A stretch of 63,241 bases of DNA, counting the filler, from Choristocarpus tenellus KU-1152 (Eukaryota; Protista; Phaeophyceae): NCBI GenBank assembly GCA_964200185.2. It is 10 parts of 10 records of this genome, joined end to end, with 100 filler letters (N's around TTAATTAATTAA, not from the genome) between each part and the next. Parts side by side here need not be neighbours in the genome. Positions count along the whole stretch, not along the records: positions 1 to 6,856 come from CAXNAD020007209.1; positions 6,957 to 10,330 come from CAXNAD020020461.1; positions 10,431 to 30,325 come from CAXNAD020000436.1; 7 more parts are not named here. The stretch is one strand, 5' to 3'. Position numbers and translations under genes: made by a program. Position 1 is the first letter of the stretch. Every line of letters starts with the position of its first letter. The notes beneath the pieces are model-generated. The model made no database searches. It worked only from the letters and a program-made list of their open reading frames with translations, and was not told where the DNA came from. Below are positions 1-11,434 of this stretch, in pieces.

Positions 1-850
1 GAGGGAAGGGCCCCCCCACCGGCCCCCCCCTCCTCCTCTCCCGCCCGCGGGGGAAACAACAAGGGGGACCACCCCCCCCCCCCCCCCCCCCCCCCCCATG
101 ACCAGCATAGAATAATGTCAGGCAAGGCAATGGGATGAAATAAGAGCCCTTTTTCTAGGGGGCACAGCATAAGTCAACATTAGCAGTGCTCTACCCTTGG
201 CTCTCTTATCTGCTCGCCTGCTGTGGGGTGTGCCACTTGTAGATGTAGGGTTAGGGTGTATGGTGATGAAAGTACGTTGAATGGATACCTAGGGTGGTCC
301 CCCCCTAATACCCCTACTTCCCAACCACAGCTGCTGCAGTTGCGCTGCCTGCATTCAACTCATATATTGAGAACAGAAAAACGCAGTTCACGGCAGGGTG
401 TCCTCCTTGAGATGATGAAGGTGCGGCATAGATTTTTAATACTACTAAAAAGAGAAGGTCAGGGCTGCAACAAAAAATGGCAGGTGAAGAGGGCCATGCT
501 TTGTTTGGTCAAAATAAAAAAAAGGTGGAGTGCTTCACTCAAGGGCTTGTCCTTAAGTGTCAATTGATAGGTCCGTTTCAGAGTTGGCATCTGTGTTCGA
601 CTCGGTATCTCCAGGCAAGTGAAGGCAATCCACCCTCCCCTCACAGAAAAATATTTAGCTCACTTGAATGGGCATTGCATGACACAGTGATGACAATCGT
701 GACAGGTACCTTCACACTTCACTAAGAACACCAAGAAGAGGTATGTAATAGATCCTGAGGTCGCAAGGACAAAAATCAACCTGGAAATCAGGAAATTATG
801 CTGACTAGATTCATGCCACTGATATTTGTCCAAAAGGATAAAAGGTCCAC

Positions 851-3616
851 CTGGTGGAGTAGGAAATGCCAGGGCTGAGTGCAAGATCCCACGTCATCAT
901 TATGGCATCCAGGACACCGTCGCTAGTAGCCTCGACTGTCATGGTCCGACTCCTACACCCATCCTCTGGGAAAACCTCACCGAAGTTGAACGAAAGGGCT
1001 TCAAACGCATCACTGGGGGCAGGGGCGGGGGCGGGGCGGGGTGTGGAGGTAGCATAAGAGCAATAAGCCCACACCCGTATCACAATAAAAATGAACAAGG
1101 ATAAACAAAAAGCGATGGAAGCGGCAGAAGCTATACCATACTTAAGACATACCACAGGAGGAGAACACAATTGATCAGGAATTTAAAGCACAAGTTAAGT
1201 TTTTCTTACTAAAAATAAAAAGTGAGTTAGAGCGTGCTATACAGCGTTACACAGTTGACACAATACAGCACACACACACACAAACTAGCAACGCAACACC
1301 AGTATTGGTAGAAACAGCATCATGCCCATCCCCCCAACCCACCAAACCTCAATTCTTTCGCATCGTCAACGGAGTCATGCTGCAAGGGTAAGGGTTTCCT
1401 CCCACCCACACAACGTGCAGCAGCAGCATTCCTGGCCATGGGTATCCCAGGGCAGAAAGATGTGGTAGAGATGTCGTGGCTGGCTCGGAGGGACGGACTG
1501 CTCAGGAGCATGCCAAAGGTTACAGCTCCAGAGGGGACAATGACTGGATTTTTAACCTTTGGTGGGTCATTGTGGGGACAAGGGAGGCAGAGATGCCAGA
1601 ATTGAGGGGCTGCAGGATGTTGCACAGGGAATGCATTCTACTGGCTCAATGAGGTATGTCGCCAGTCGAATTGGCCTAAATGCTTCCCTTTGTTTCATGT
1701 CCCTTACCACGTCAATCTTGTTCTTTCCCGAAGAGTATTAGTGCACATAGTTTCACAGCTCAAAGGGGAGAGAGTGCGTGGTGAACGATATGGAGAGAAC
1801 GAGGGATACTCTATCTACAAGGAGATCGGAAAATAGATGTTGTGGACATCCTTCTCTTCTGGCCATGCAAAGCCATTAGCCTTCTTGCACTTGCATGTTC
1901 AAAGCAATGGGTTGGGGGAGTAAATATGGCAGGCAGGGGCAGGACATTGAGGAGAACTCACAAGCAGGCTCTCCATTGCGTGCCGAAGGGTGGGCAAGAC
2001 AGCCTCTCCAAGCAGCACGGAGTCATATATCTCATTGACACACATATCAGCCTTGCATGGGAGGTCAAGTCCTTCACCAACAACTAGATCAGTGCTCTTC
2101 TTGTTGCTTATCTGTGAAGGATTTTTAGGGTATTCTGCAGTATGAACATGCATGATCAACACTCACGATGTTGGGGGGGTACAGTTTTAAGCATAGTTGA
2201 ACTTCAACCATGGACAGATAAGAGCTCCAACCACATGTGACACTCAAAGCTCCAACAAAACACCAAGCCATCGTTGGCTTTATGTGTCTATCAACAACTT
2301 GTTACCTTGATCTTTCCTGGGCAGTTTAGCTCGGTGACCTCACGGGCAACTTCCGCCATGGCAGCAAACATCTCACATCCGTACACAATCTCAGCTCCTG
2401 CCCTTGCAGCAAACATGGCAAGCAGTCCAGTCCCGGTGCCGATATCTAGCACAACTGGAGCCCGACCATGGCATTGAACGAAATGTTGGACAGCCTGTTG
2501 AGACAGGAGAGTACAAGGCCGCAAATAATTCACACCATTAAAAGTAAACTGGTGACAAGGTAGCGCAGGTGTGTGGATCCCCTGTCTCAATTGATGGTGG
2601 CTCAGCATCCATCACAAAAGGATGGACAGCGATTGGACAGTGTTATAAGTGAAGAGAGCACGGGCGTATCTTCTTTTACTTACTATTTGACATGGCAGTC
2701 AAGTGTGTAATATATGTAAGCATTGGGAGCAGAGCCGAGATTCTTACCGTATTGATGGCAACCTCGTACTTGCGATTTCTGTCTGTATCATTTAACATCG
2801 ATGTCCTGGAGTGGACCAGTACAAACAATATCCAGGGAATGGGGGGTGGTCAGTTGCCAGTTGAGGCACTCCTTTTCTTCATCCATGCCAAGTCTATAGG
2901 TGTTGGAAAAAATAGATAACGGAATGAGGATCGATGAGCATGGATCATGATGAGGAATTGGAAATGTTGCGTGTGTCAGAAATACTTATTCCAACCCCGA
3001 GAGAGTGCAGTGCAGCAGGAAAATAATCGAAAATGTCACTTACATTTGTGACATGGCAATGGTCCCTGTGTTGAACGGCATGGAAGTGGAATGCGGTTAC
3101 AGAATGGAGCAAGACGAGGGAGGAGAGAAGTTTAATGTCAGGGAAAAAGAGCCACGGTTCAAAGTTTAGCTTCTATGGGCAGAGGAACAGAAAGACCATA
3201 AAACACAAAAGGACCTGAACAGCTGTATAGGTTCAGGAACCAATAAAACAACTACACACCAACGCATTTCCAATTGTGCGAAGGATCTTGCATTTCCAAT
3301 TGCAGTGGGTGTACACACGGCTGTCGCCATGGATCACGATTTCCCACCTCACCATTCATAGCCGCTGCCGAATCCTCCACAGGTAACCAGCAGAGCCCCC
3401 CAGAAGATGGATCGACTCTTGATCGCATGAGCACGTCCTTGCTGGTGCCATCTTCCAGAATGGCCTTGCCAACTAGAGTCTCCTCAGCGCTGCGGGGTTG
3501 CCAAGAGAGGAAGCAGCTTTGACAAACAATGCAAATCCAGTACCACTCCTAAGACTCAGGAAACGCAACCGCAATTCCACGACTAGCATTTTACCTAACA
3601 TTTGCCGCACTTCCAT
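851..3616 (-). CDS. PRMT7: Protein arginine methyltransferase 7-like, multi-exon, 3' part not traced (probably runs off the window start)
   Basis: Spliced exons give MEVRQML|VGKAILEDG..RSRVDPSSGGLCWLPVED (~3616-3330), TSMLNDTDRNRKYEVAINT (2748-2805), VVLDIGTGTGLLAMFAARAGAEIVYGCEMF (~2306-2494, SAM-binding motif I), KSTDLVVGEGLDLPCKADMCVNEIYDSVLLGEAVLP (~1962-2113, double-E loop), VIVPSGAVTFGMLLSS, and DGVLDAIMMTWDLALSPGISYST (~851-1013). GT-AG borders are present. The first micro-exon and start codon are tentative. Confidence 0.85.
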
Positions 3617-4452
3617 CTTCCCCGACTCTATTGCACGTTTAAATCGTAGACCAACACCACAACATTTAGTAGCTGTTGCCGTGTTTTCCCATGTTTCTCA
3701 CCTGCACGGCCAAGTGTAAGAGGTATAAGGATAAACACCAGACAGTCCCCCTGGCGCAATTCACTACTAAGAAATAACAGGCAGAGGCTTTAACTACGTC
3801 TATCAAGGTGAGATTAACCTCATCTTAATAACAGGTCTTGAAAGTCAATGACTCACCTTGCTGTCTCTGCACTATCTCCCATGGTAATGACTGTGGCTCT
3901 CTCTTGAACTATATCTCCCACCACACCGCCACCATGTTTGTCGACACCAGCAAACATCTTGGGTAAGCGATGGTAGGTAGATGATACTTATCCCTCACCA
4001 GGTAACAAAACACTATGAACTAGTGTTCCAAACAATATGAAGGCGTGTCTATTCGTTTTGAAAACTCAAAAACTCTCTCAAAACATTCTTTTCCCCACAA
4101 CCTTCGCAGTCATTGTTGATAAACATGATATTTTCCTGTGTTGCCTTGTCAACGTTATCCTTTGCTATGGTGATCTTCCTAGGATCTTCCCTCAAGTTTC
4201 GTCCTTTGCCATCGGCCAGATTAGTCCCTGGTCGAGTATTCCTTCATGAAGTAACAGAGCGGGGTACCCCTGGCGACAGGTGTCAGATAGCGTCGCCTTA
4301 CGTTATCGTAGATATCCACCTCGATCTGTATGGTGGTCGTGTGTACAACTTCCCTAGACTGGTGCCATGAGAAATGACCCCCCAAGACCCACCTTCTCTT
4401 CCGCCTAACATGGATCTGCTGCGAAGGCAGGAGGAGGTTCACTGACAGAAGG

Positions 4453-6191
4453 ATGGAGATGGTGAAAGTCCCGTCCCCTCCCCATTGGAGGGAACAGCTT
4501 GAGGGTTTGCGATTGATGCGATCGTCAAAAACCGCTGCCGTGGATTTCGCTGGAGCATCGGCCCTTCAGCGCTCGAGTAGAGGTGGTCCAGCCGAAGTAC
4601 GTTTTCAGGTGACGAGTGTTGCATTATGTCGACAAAGAAACCGTTCGCCTCAGACATCTGCTCCAGAGTAACGTAGACTGCCAGCAGTAGTACATGGTAT
4701 AGGATAGCTTACATTTTAATGGTCTTCCTTTTTTGCCGAACGAATCCATTGCGCTTGGAACCTTTTGCCAGGTTCTTCTGTCAGCTATGCTGTCGAGCCA
4801 GACTAAAGATCCTGTGACTGCATCTGCTGTGGAGCGCATGAGGGAGGTGTGTGAGAAATCTTCCCCTGCATACTTTTTCTTGCTGCGATACAACAATGGA
4901 TGTATGAAAATATAAGTACTGTGGCCCTAAGGAGGTGGAGTATGCACAGTAGCTTGCGTTCTTGGCGTCATTCACACATTGCAACTACCAATATTCTATT
5001 CTCATAGCGACAAGCCTTCATCATCACGCCTTGGTATCATTGCCATTATCTTCTTGGTAACTACTCCACCGATCTCCTCTCCACTTCCGATTTTAACCGA
5101 CTGTCTTTGACGCGCAGGCGTGCACACCGGAAATCCTGACTGCGGCTGCACTGGTGGATGCTGTGGATGAGCACTCACTGGCAGACTTGTTGTACCCGGT
5201 TAGCTTTGCAAAGACCAAGGTTAGCACAGTATTTTTTTTGTAGCAAGATCTACAGACACAATATCATGATGGCATTAGTGCTCTCTGGCAGCGGTTGTGC
5301 ATCCTGTGGAAAAGGTCGTCCATAATTAGTGCAACTAGACATTTCAATGTGATTATAGAAGGACTCATGCCTCCACTATCCTCCATCCATCCACCACAAG
5401 AGGATCGTAAAATGATATTTTCCCTTCTTGTATCTCCTCTCTTACATCCTACGCGTACACCTTCAATTTTCAGCGGTTGGCGGGCTACCAATCCTGCTCC
5501 CATTGTATGTTGTCCCTTGCATAGGCACGACACATCATGCGCGTGTGTGAAATCTTGTTGACCAAGGAGAACATGGCAAATGGGCAGGACAAGGAGCAGG
5601 GAGAAGAGGGCCGTGAAATAGGCGATATCCCAGACTCAGTGGAAGGTTTACCGCTTTTATTTTGTTTGCTTTTGAAGTCAAACCTTGATCTGTTCTTTCA
5701 GTACAGTATTTGGAAGGTATCCCCAGGAATTGTGTATGGCTATTGCTCGAAGAAGAATGTTTTGTGTGCTTGGCCTCTTGGCGCATGGTAAGTGTTTGGG
5801 TGTGGCTTGGCCTCTTGGCGAAGGCAGTACCTCAAGGTCAATGTTGAATGCACTTGATGTTGGGATCACAGGTGCAACTTGTGTCCAATGAAGAATGAAT
5901 GCTGAGATGCTCACAACAATTTAGAGATGACCCTGCCAGATGCCAACCCCCCCCTAGAACAATCATCCTCGAGGCTCGTTGTCAAATGTTTCTTTTAAAC
6001 GCTATCGCAAGCAGCAACTCAAGAAACAACCTTCGTTTCTGTATCTCTGTTGCTATTGGTTCTATTGTGTCTGATCACTGCAAGTTAGGTCTGCTTTCTT
6101 TACCTGGAGTAGGACCAAAGATGACGTACCTTGTTATGAGCGTGGCATGGGGCAGGAATGAGGGCATCTGTGTGGACACCCATGTGCACAG
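4453..6191 (+). CDS. NTH1: Endonuclease III homolog (HhH-GPD DNA glycosylase), multi-exon, C-terminal Fe-S exons not found before the gap
   Basis: Exons [26 protein letters not shown] (4453-4608), [16 protein letters not shown] (~4772-4846), [21 protein letters not shown] (~5118-5219), [20 protein letters not shown] (~5525-5645) and [35 protein letters not shown] (~6089-6191). The HhH catalytic Lys and the VDTHVHR Asp are intact. An upstream exon from ATG 4125 is possible. Confidence 0.9.
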
Positions 6192-6856
6192 GTAAAGGGA
6201 GAGGAGAGTGAAAGAGCAAGCCATACAGAGCATTGTCACAAACGCCAGGAGAAATTGCGTATGGTTCGGGTTCGGGTTAGGGGTCCTCCGCTGCAGATTA
6301 TCAATCCATCCAGGATCGGCGGCAGTTGTAAAGACCCTGGCACCATGTTAGAAGAGTACGGAATGAACTGGATGAGACAAGCAGAGATTGGACCCATTTT
6401 GGCAGGGAAATACCTTTCGTGTGACTTGTTTAGTTGCACTTGCAGCCCTGTTAAAACGGAAGAAGGGCAGCTATTTTTGCTATTTTGGGGGGGGACAAAT
6501 CGTATTGTGTTTTGCTGCAACAACAGGAGAAAATAGGTCAACAATTTATGGCCCCCACTCTCAGTGCTTGGTAGTCTTCTTTCTCTAGTTTTTTTTTATA
6601 GCCCCTCCTCCTGGTCCGCAGTGATGGTCAAATCATAGCAAGCACTTGCTCTTCTCCGGTTAGCATTCACTGTTCCAAGTCCCTTTTCTTTTTTTTGGGG
6701 GGGGGCAACAATTTTTTTTTCCATTGCTGAATCAGGTCAAGAGCAGAAGACAGACACTTTGGCTCTCAAGTGTTCTGCAAAGCATGTGGCTTCAACCTTC
6801 TACACGGTTCCACCCTAGCCCCCCCCCCCCCCCCCCCCCCCCCCCCACCCCCCCCC

Positions 6857-6956
6857 NNNNNNNNNNNNNNNNNNNNNNNNNNNNNNNNNNNNNNNNNNNN
6901 TTAATTAATTAANNNNNNNNNNNNNNNNNNNNNNNNNNNNNNNNNNNNNNNNNNNN
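6857..6956. other. Artificial contig linker (N44-TTAATTAATTAA-N44); also at 10331-10430, 30326-30425, 35937-36036, 40518-40617, 49924-50023, 52866-52965, 57639-57738, 60445-60544
   Basis: The same 100-bp spacer, with stops in all six frames, occurs nine times. Confidence 0.97.
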
Positions 6957-7026
6957 CCCCCCCAGATACATTGAACCCAAACGGATGAACAGGGCAAAAC
7001 TCACACCCTCTAAGATACTTTCACTC
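6957..7026. mobile_element. Right end of MITE family A followed directly by the terminal part of MITE family B (nested, cut by the linker)
   Basis: CCCAGATACATTGAACC (A terminus), then CAAACGGATGAACAGGGCAAAACTCACACCCTCTAAGATACTTTCACTC, which matches the B ends at 36760-36799 and 55240-55286. Confidence 0.7.
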
Positions 7027-7777
7027 TGTTAACCTAATAGAGCATTGGCAGCCATGGTACCCAGCTTACTAGTGGAGGTGATGTGCATCTGACCCAGAGA
7101 ATTCTAGAGGGGGGGCCAGGCGTCCATTGGGGGCCTGTGTGACCCAGTACTGATTTCCGTGTCATTTGAGTGAACTTGTCAGACCTGTAAGGATTTTTTT
7201 CATCTGAATGCACCTTCCTTTTCCATCCCCCTGCCTGAACCAAAGTTGAAGGAACAACACCCGAAAAAAGGGCATCAAACCAGGGTATCTTGCAACACCT
7301 CATCAAGCCCTGAATCGACAACCTGGGCTGAGCACCCCCCCCTCTCTAAGATACTATGAGTCTCTGCAAGGTCAGGTATCACTATATATAACACGCACGA
7401 GAATCGCCTGCTATACTGGCGTATAGGGTATAGATTGACCATCATTAGGATCCCATGATTCCTGGATTATGATCATGTTACAAGAAGATTGTGTTTTTTT
7501 TTATCATTCACATTATTAGGAATGCATGACATCGCTGGCAGTGTCCCCACCTCTACACTATACTAAGCTAAGTGGAGCATGCCCACCTAGCTACTCCAGC
7601 ACAGCTTCGACTGAATATCAAAACACAGGCGGGGTCAAGGCATACCTCTCATTTCCACGCAAGCATGCATCCGCACACTATGCTGTGCACCTTGAGAATA
7701 GCTTCAACAGGAGCAAGTGACAAACAATAGGATCAAAGTGGATGCGTTACAACACGAATATGTGATGCTCTATGTCT

Positions 7778-8227
7778 GAGTGAAAGTATCTTAGAGGGTA
7801 CGAGTTTTGCCCTGTTTTGCCCTGTTTGTCCGTTTGGGGCTTGGCTTCCCACGGGGTTTGTTGTGACATTTTCCTACTCCGAAATGTTTCGGAGTAGGAA
7901 AATGTGTATGTTATGAAAAGGTGTGTCCGGAACAAGGATATTGGACCCAAAGTATCTGGGGGGGAGGGGGGGTCTACACCAGAGTGCCCATTTGGACCAA
8001 AACCAGGAAAAGTGCACTTTCATTATCCATCCAACGTATGGAACCAAATCACCCAAAAATCGCGACATGAAAAAAATGGTCCCAAATAGACAGTCGCCAC
8101 CACTCCCAGGTACTTTGAGCCATTGACACTTCCTAACAAACACGATAGCCAAAATTACATCGATATTGGAATATTGAATTTTGACCCCCAAACGGACGCG
8201 ACTGTACCCTCTCAGATATTTTGACTC
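7778..8227. mobile_element. MITE family B (~260 bp) containing a nested family A copy
   Basis: TIRs GAGTGAAAGTATCTTAGAGGGTAC / GTACCCTCTCAGATATTTTGACTC, flanked by TCT on both sides. It matches the empty copies at 37790-38047 and 55027-55286. Confidence 0.85.
7944..8121. mobile_element. MITE family A (~180 bp), nested in family B
   Basis: TIRs GACCCAAAGTATCTGGG / CCCAGGTACTTTGAGCC. ATTG is duplicated relative to the empty site GATATTGACACT seen at ~37939-37950. Confidence 0.9.
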
Positions 8228-9017
8228 TCTATCGCCATATACCATAAGTAGATTGCTATGACATGATCAGTTAGCTACTCCAAAAAGTCCCCACAACTCC
8301 ACTGGTGGTGTTCCTTGTGTTTCGTAGCACCTATACCGAATACCACATACGCATAATTCTGAGTCATGTACTATATCACTATCTGTGCAACAACAAGAAA
8401 AGCTGGGTAAATATCATTGTAGCATATGATACTGAGAGGCACGCTATCTCAGAGAGGGATATCGCTGAGTAATTGGTCTGGTGTCTGCCTCCTAACATCC
8501 TGGTGACCAATTCCACGCTATGTAGACGAACGCCGCCTCCTCTTCTTCAGTCGTAGCCTCTAAGGGGGGTTAGTCACGCTTTAGGCGTGTGAAATGGGGT
8601 ATCAGGTAGATTATATCCCAAGCCCTAAATACTCAAGAGGGTGTCAATCGACCTCCCTCGAAGATTGGGATGGCTCTGAGACACCTGTAATACGTGTGTA
8701 CGATCAAGTTTGGTAGCTATGTTTCGAGTACGCACGTCAAAATCAATTAAATAAATTGGTAGGAAGAGTCTATTGCGCACCTATGTGGAAAAGTGATGGT
8801 ACTGGTTGAAAGTGATTGCTCTTCCGCTCAATCACATCGTCCATCAAGAACTTCTTTGGTATCAACAGTATATGCGTCCTTGATTCAAATTTCTTCCAGT
8901 GACATGTTGTATTTTCTACGATCTATACATATATTTCATACAATATCCTTCCATTTGTCATGTATTCCTATATACAAGTTTTTAATCCAAAGTTCTGTGC
9001 ATGTTTCTTCGAATTTT

Positions 9018-9276
9018 GACCCAAAGTAAACGAGAGGTACCCAGCTTTTGGGCGTTTTGCATTATAAGCCATTTTTCAATCTTTGGAATTCACCAATATT
9101 TCAATGGATGAAATGCTATGTTTGACTTGAGAAGGTTGATTTCTCTCCATTGCTTGAAATTTTTCGACATGATTTGAAAAATATCCTATACGAATTTCTA
9201 ATGATGTCGAAATCTTGCACATATTGCTGGTATCCCTTAAAATGAAAATCTGGGTACCTCTCGTTTACTCTGACTC
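9018..9276. mobile_element. MITE family C
   Basis: TIRs GACCCAAAGTAAACGAGAGGTACCCAG / CTGGGTACCTCTCGTTTACTCTGACTC, flanked by TTT(T). A shorter relative lies at 17853-18006. Confidence 0.8.
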
Positions 9277-11434
9277 TTTTCAACCACTCGCTGTAGGGAA
9301 TCTGCATGGGAAAAAGGAGAAAAGACAGTCATTTCAGCCTTACCGATTTCCTAACCGTCATTCTTAAGTACTCTCAGAATGTACTGTATGCCATAACTTT
9401 GATCGAGTAGTCACATTTTTACACCTTCCATTACATTTATAGTACATGCAAATATTGTATATAAATATCTAGACAGAGTTACCTTGACTGAGACAAGTTT
9501 ATTACTGCTGTGCAGGATAGGCTAGGAAAAATAAAAGACAGATCAATGATAGTAGCATTATACGTTTGAAGTTACAAAAGTGGTTTAGACTACGCACTAC
9601 AAGAAGATAAAGAGATGGGAAAGAACATGCGTGTCGAATATTCAGTTTCTCCCACCAGTTCAATGAACAGACACACCTATAAACAAATTAAGCAAGGATG
9701 CAGTAGTATCGTGGGGTACAAACAGTGAAAAGAAGTTAAGGACGACCAAGAAAGACAAATTAACAAAACATCCCCAATACGTGTAACACAATACTTATTT
9801 GTCAGACAATTATACTTCTTCAAAGTATATATATGATGCATACTACTACTACTACTACTAGTGATTCATAAAATACTTCTGAAAAACTGTACTACTAAAA
9901 ATATTACTCCTACGTTTCGAACGCTAGTGTACACATGCTTTTGATGTGCTCAATAAGTATCACATTTTGAGGAGCCAAGGGGAGAGCAGAAATGCCTCAC
10001 ATAAACGACATCCTTCTAACATTCAAATGGCTTATTTTTTCCTGCCGGGCGGAACAGTTTGTACCTTACCACCTCCCACCACGCCTTCACAGACCATGCA
10101 AAGGGAAGTGCATTTTTGAAGGAATCCCACGAAGACTTCATCGACCACAGTATCATGCGCGCAAGACACTGGTGTAAGTGTATTGTTGCTAACGATTACA
10201 CCTACCATTATCTGTTGGTGCAGCTATCACAGTTTTGCATATGCATGTATCTTAACCACACCAACGGCTAGGAAAGAAATTACACGTATCGATTGTCACT
10301 TGTTCTCTCTGTGTACAATGTAGCACCCCCNNNNNNNNNNNNNNNNNNNNNNNNNNNNNNNNNNNNNNNNNNNNTTAATTAATTAANNNNNNNNNNNNNN
10401 NNNNNNNNNNNNNNNNNNNNNNNNNNNNNNCCCCCCTCCCCCCCTCCCCGCCCCCCCCCGCCCCCCCAAAGAAAAAAGAAACATAAAAAAATAGATTCAA
10501 AGGACAAGTTTGATCATGTGCGACTCTAATAAAGACAGACATGGACACACACACATATGCACACACGGAGGAGACTGAGGTGAAGAGAGAAGTATCATCA
10601 TGACCAGGAGGCGGGAGATGACTAGGAAAGAGAATAGTAAATTGTTTGAGATACTCTTTGAAGTAAAATTATAAGGAAGTGGAAAAGATGGGATGTACTT
10701 GATTCAAAAAAGGATAGTAATGCCTCTGAAGGTGACATGCTGATGTTTATGAAACTCTAGGTCTGCAATGGAAGAGCACGTAACCCTCAAGCCCCTCTTC
10801 CCAAGCACGAGAACTCACTACTTCCAACTCCCTTGCAACAGTACAATGATGTAATAGTATCCACGCCTGCTGCTCTCACTGGAAATAACCTTTTTTTCCT
10901 TCCCGAGGCTTGACAGGGCAACACAACTGAATTAAAAGCTTTGCATCACAGTCATACCAACCTCAAGCATCAACGGGCAGCAATCCATTGTTACACACTG
11001 CACCATCAACGGCCTAGAAGGGTCCACACACTTCAGTGGAGTGTAACCTCACCCAAGCAACTCAACTTCCTTGCCGCTATCTGTATGAATATCAATACTT
11101 CGAGGGAAAAATTCCAGAAGTGACAATAGAGGATACACCTATTAACAAGAAAACGTGTACTGCTGCACACTAAACACCATAGACTATCCACTGTTCTTGA
11201 CAAGCACTGTTGGTTAAAAGATACGAAGATTCTTTGAAAAGGTACAGCCTGCACTTCAAAGTAGAGTACAAACCTATGGAGACGAACAAAGGTACACATC
11301 CATGAAGATACAAGGATTCCAATGCAAGCAAAAAATTCTGTGGTTTCTTCATAAGCACATGCAGCGGAGTGTAACCCTAATACTACGTAACATACCACAA
11401 ATATAGCACCGTTCACACGCCTTCCAAATCTCAC

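Noticed and set aside
4080-4990. Minus-strand ORFs that looked like a decayed hAT transposase ([19 protein letters not shown])
   Set aside because: The plus strand of the same DNA encodes clear NTH1 exons, so these are antisense shadows.
6901-6912. TTAATTAATTAA as a recurring biological motif, and ORFs ending in XXXLIN
   Set aside because: It is an artificial six-frame-stop linker inside N runs.
7874-8245. Recurrent short ORFs such as PECPFGPKPGK and HLDQNQEKCTFIIHPTY across the window
   Set aside because: They are chance translations of non-coding MITE A copies, with variable frames and stops.
8281-8610. AAAAAGTCCCC and later AAATGGGG as possible RNase MRP P4 halves
   Set aside because: The conserved GAAA start and GGGGCT end are missing and I could not build the flanking helices. 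An Rfam search would settle it.
8930-9345. A short exon (IPYSEWLK..) apparently split by MITE C
   Set aside because: The reconstructed frame depends on TSD length, stops within about 20 codons either way and resembles nothing I recognise.
10050-10175. Exon-like segment LYLTTSHHAFTDHAKGSAFLKESHEDFIDHSIMRARHW
   Set aside because: The splice signals are plausible but no family is recognisable and the contig ends soon after.
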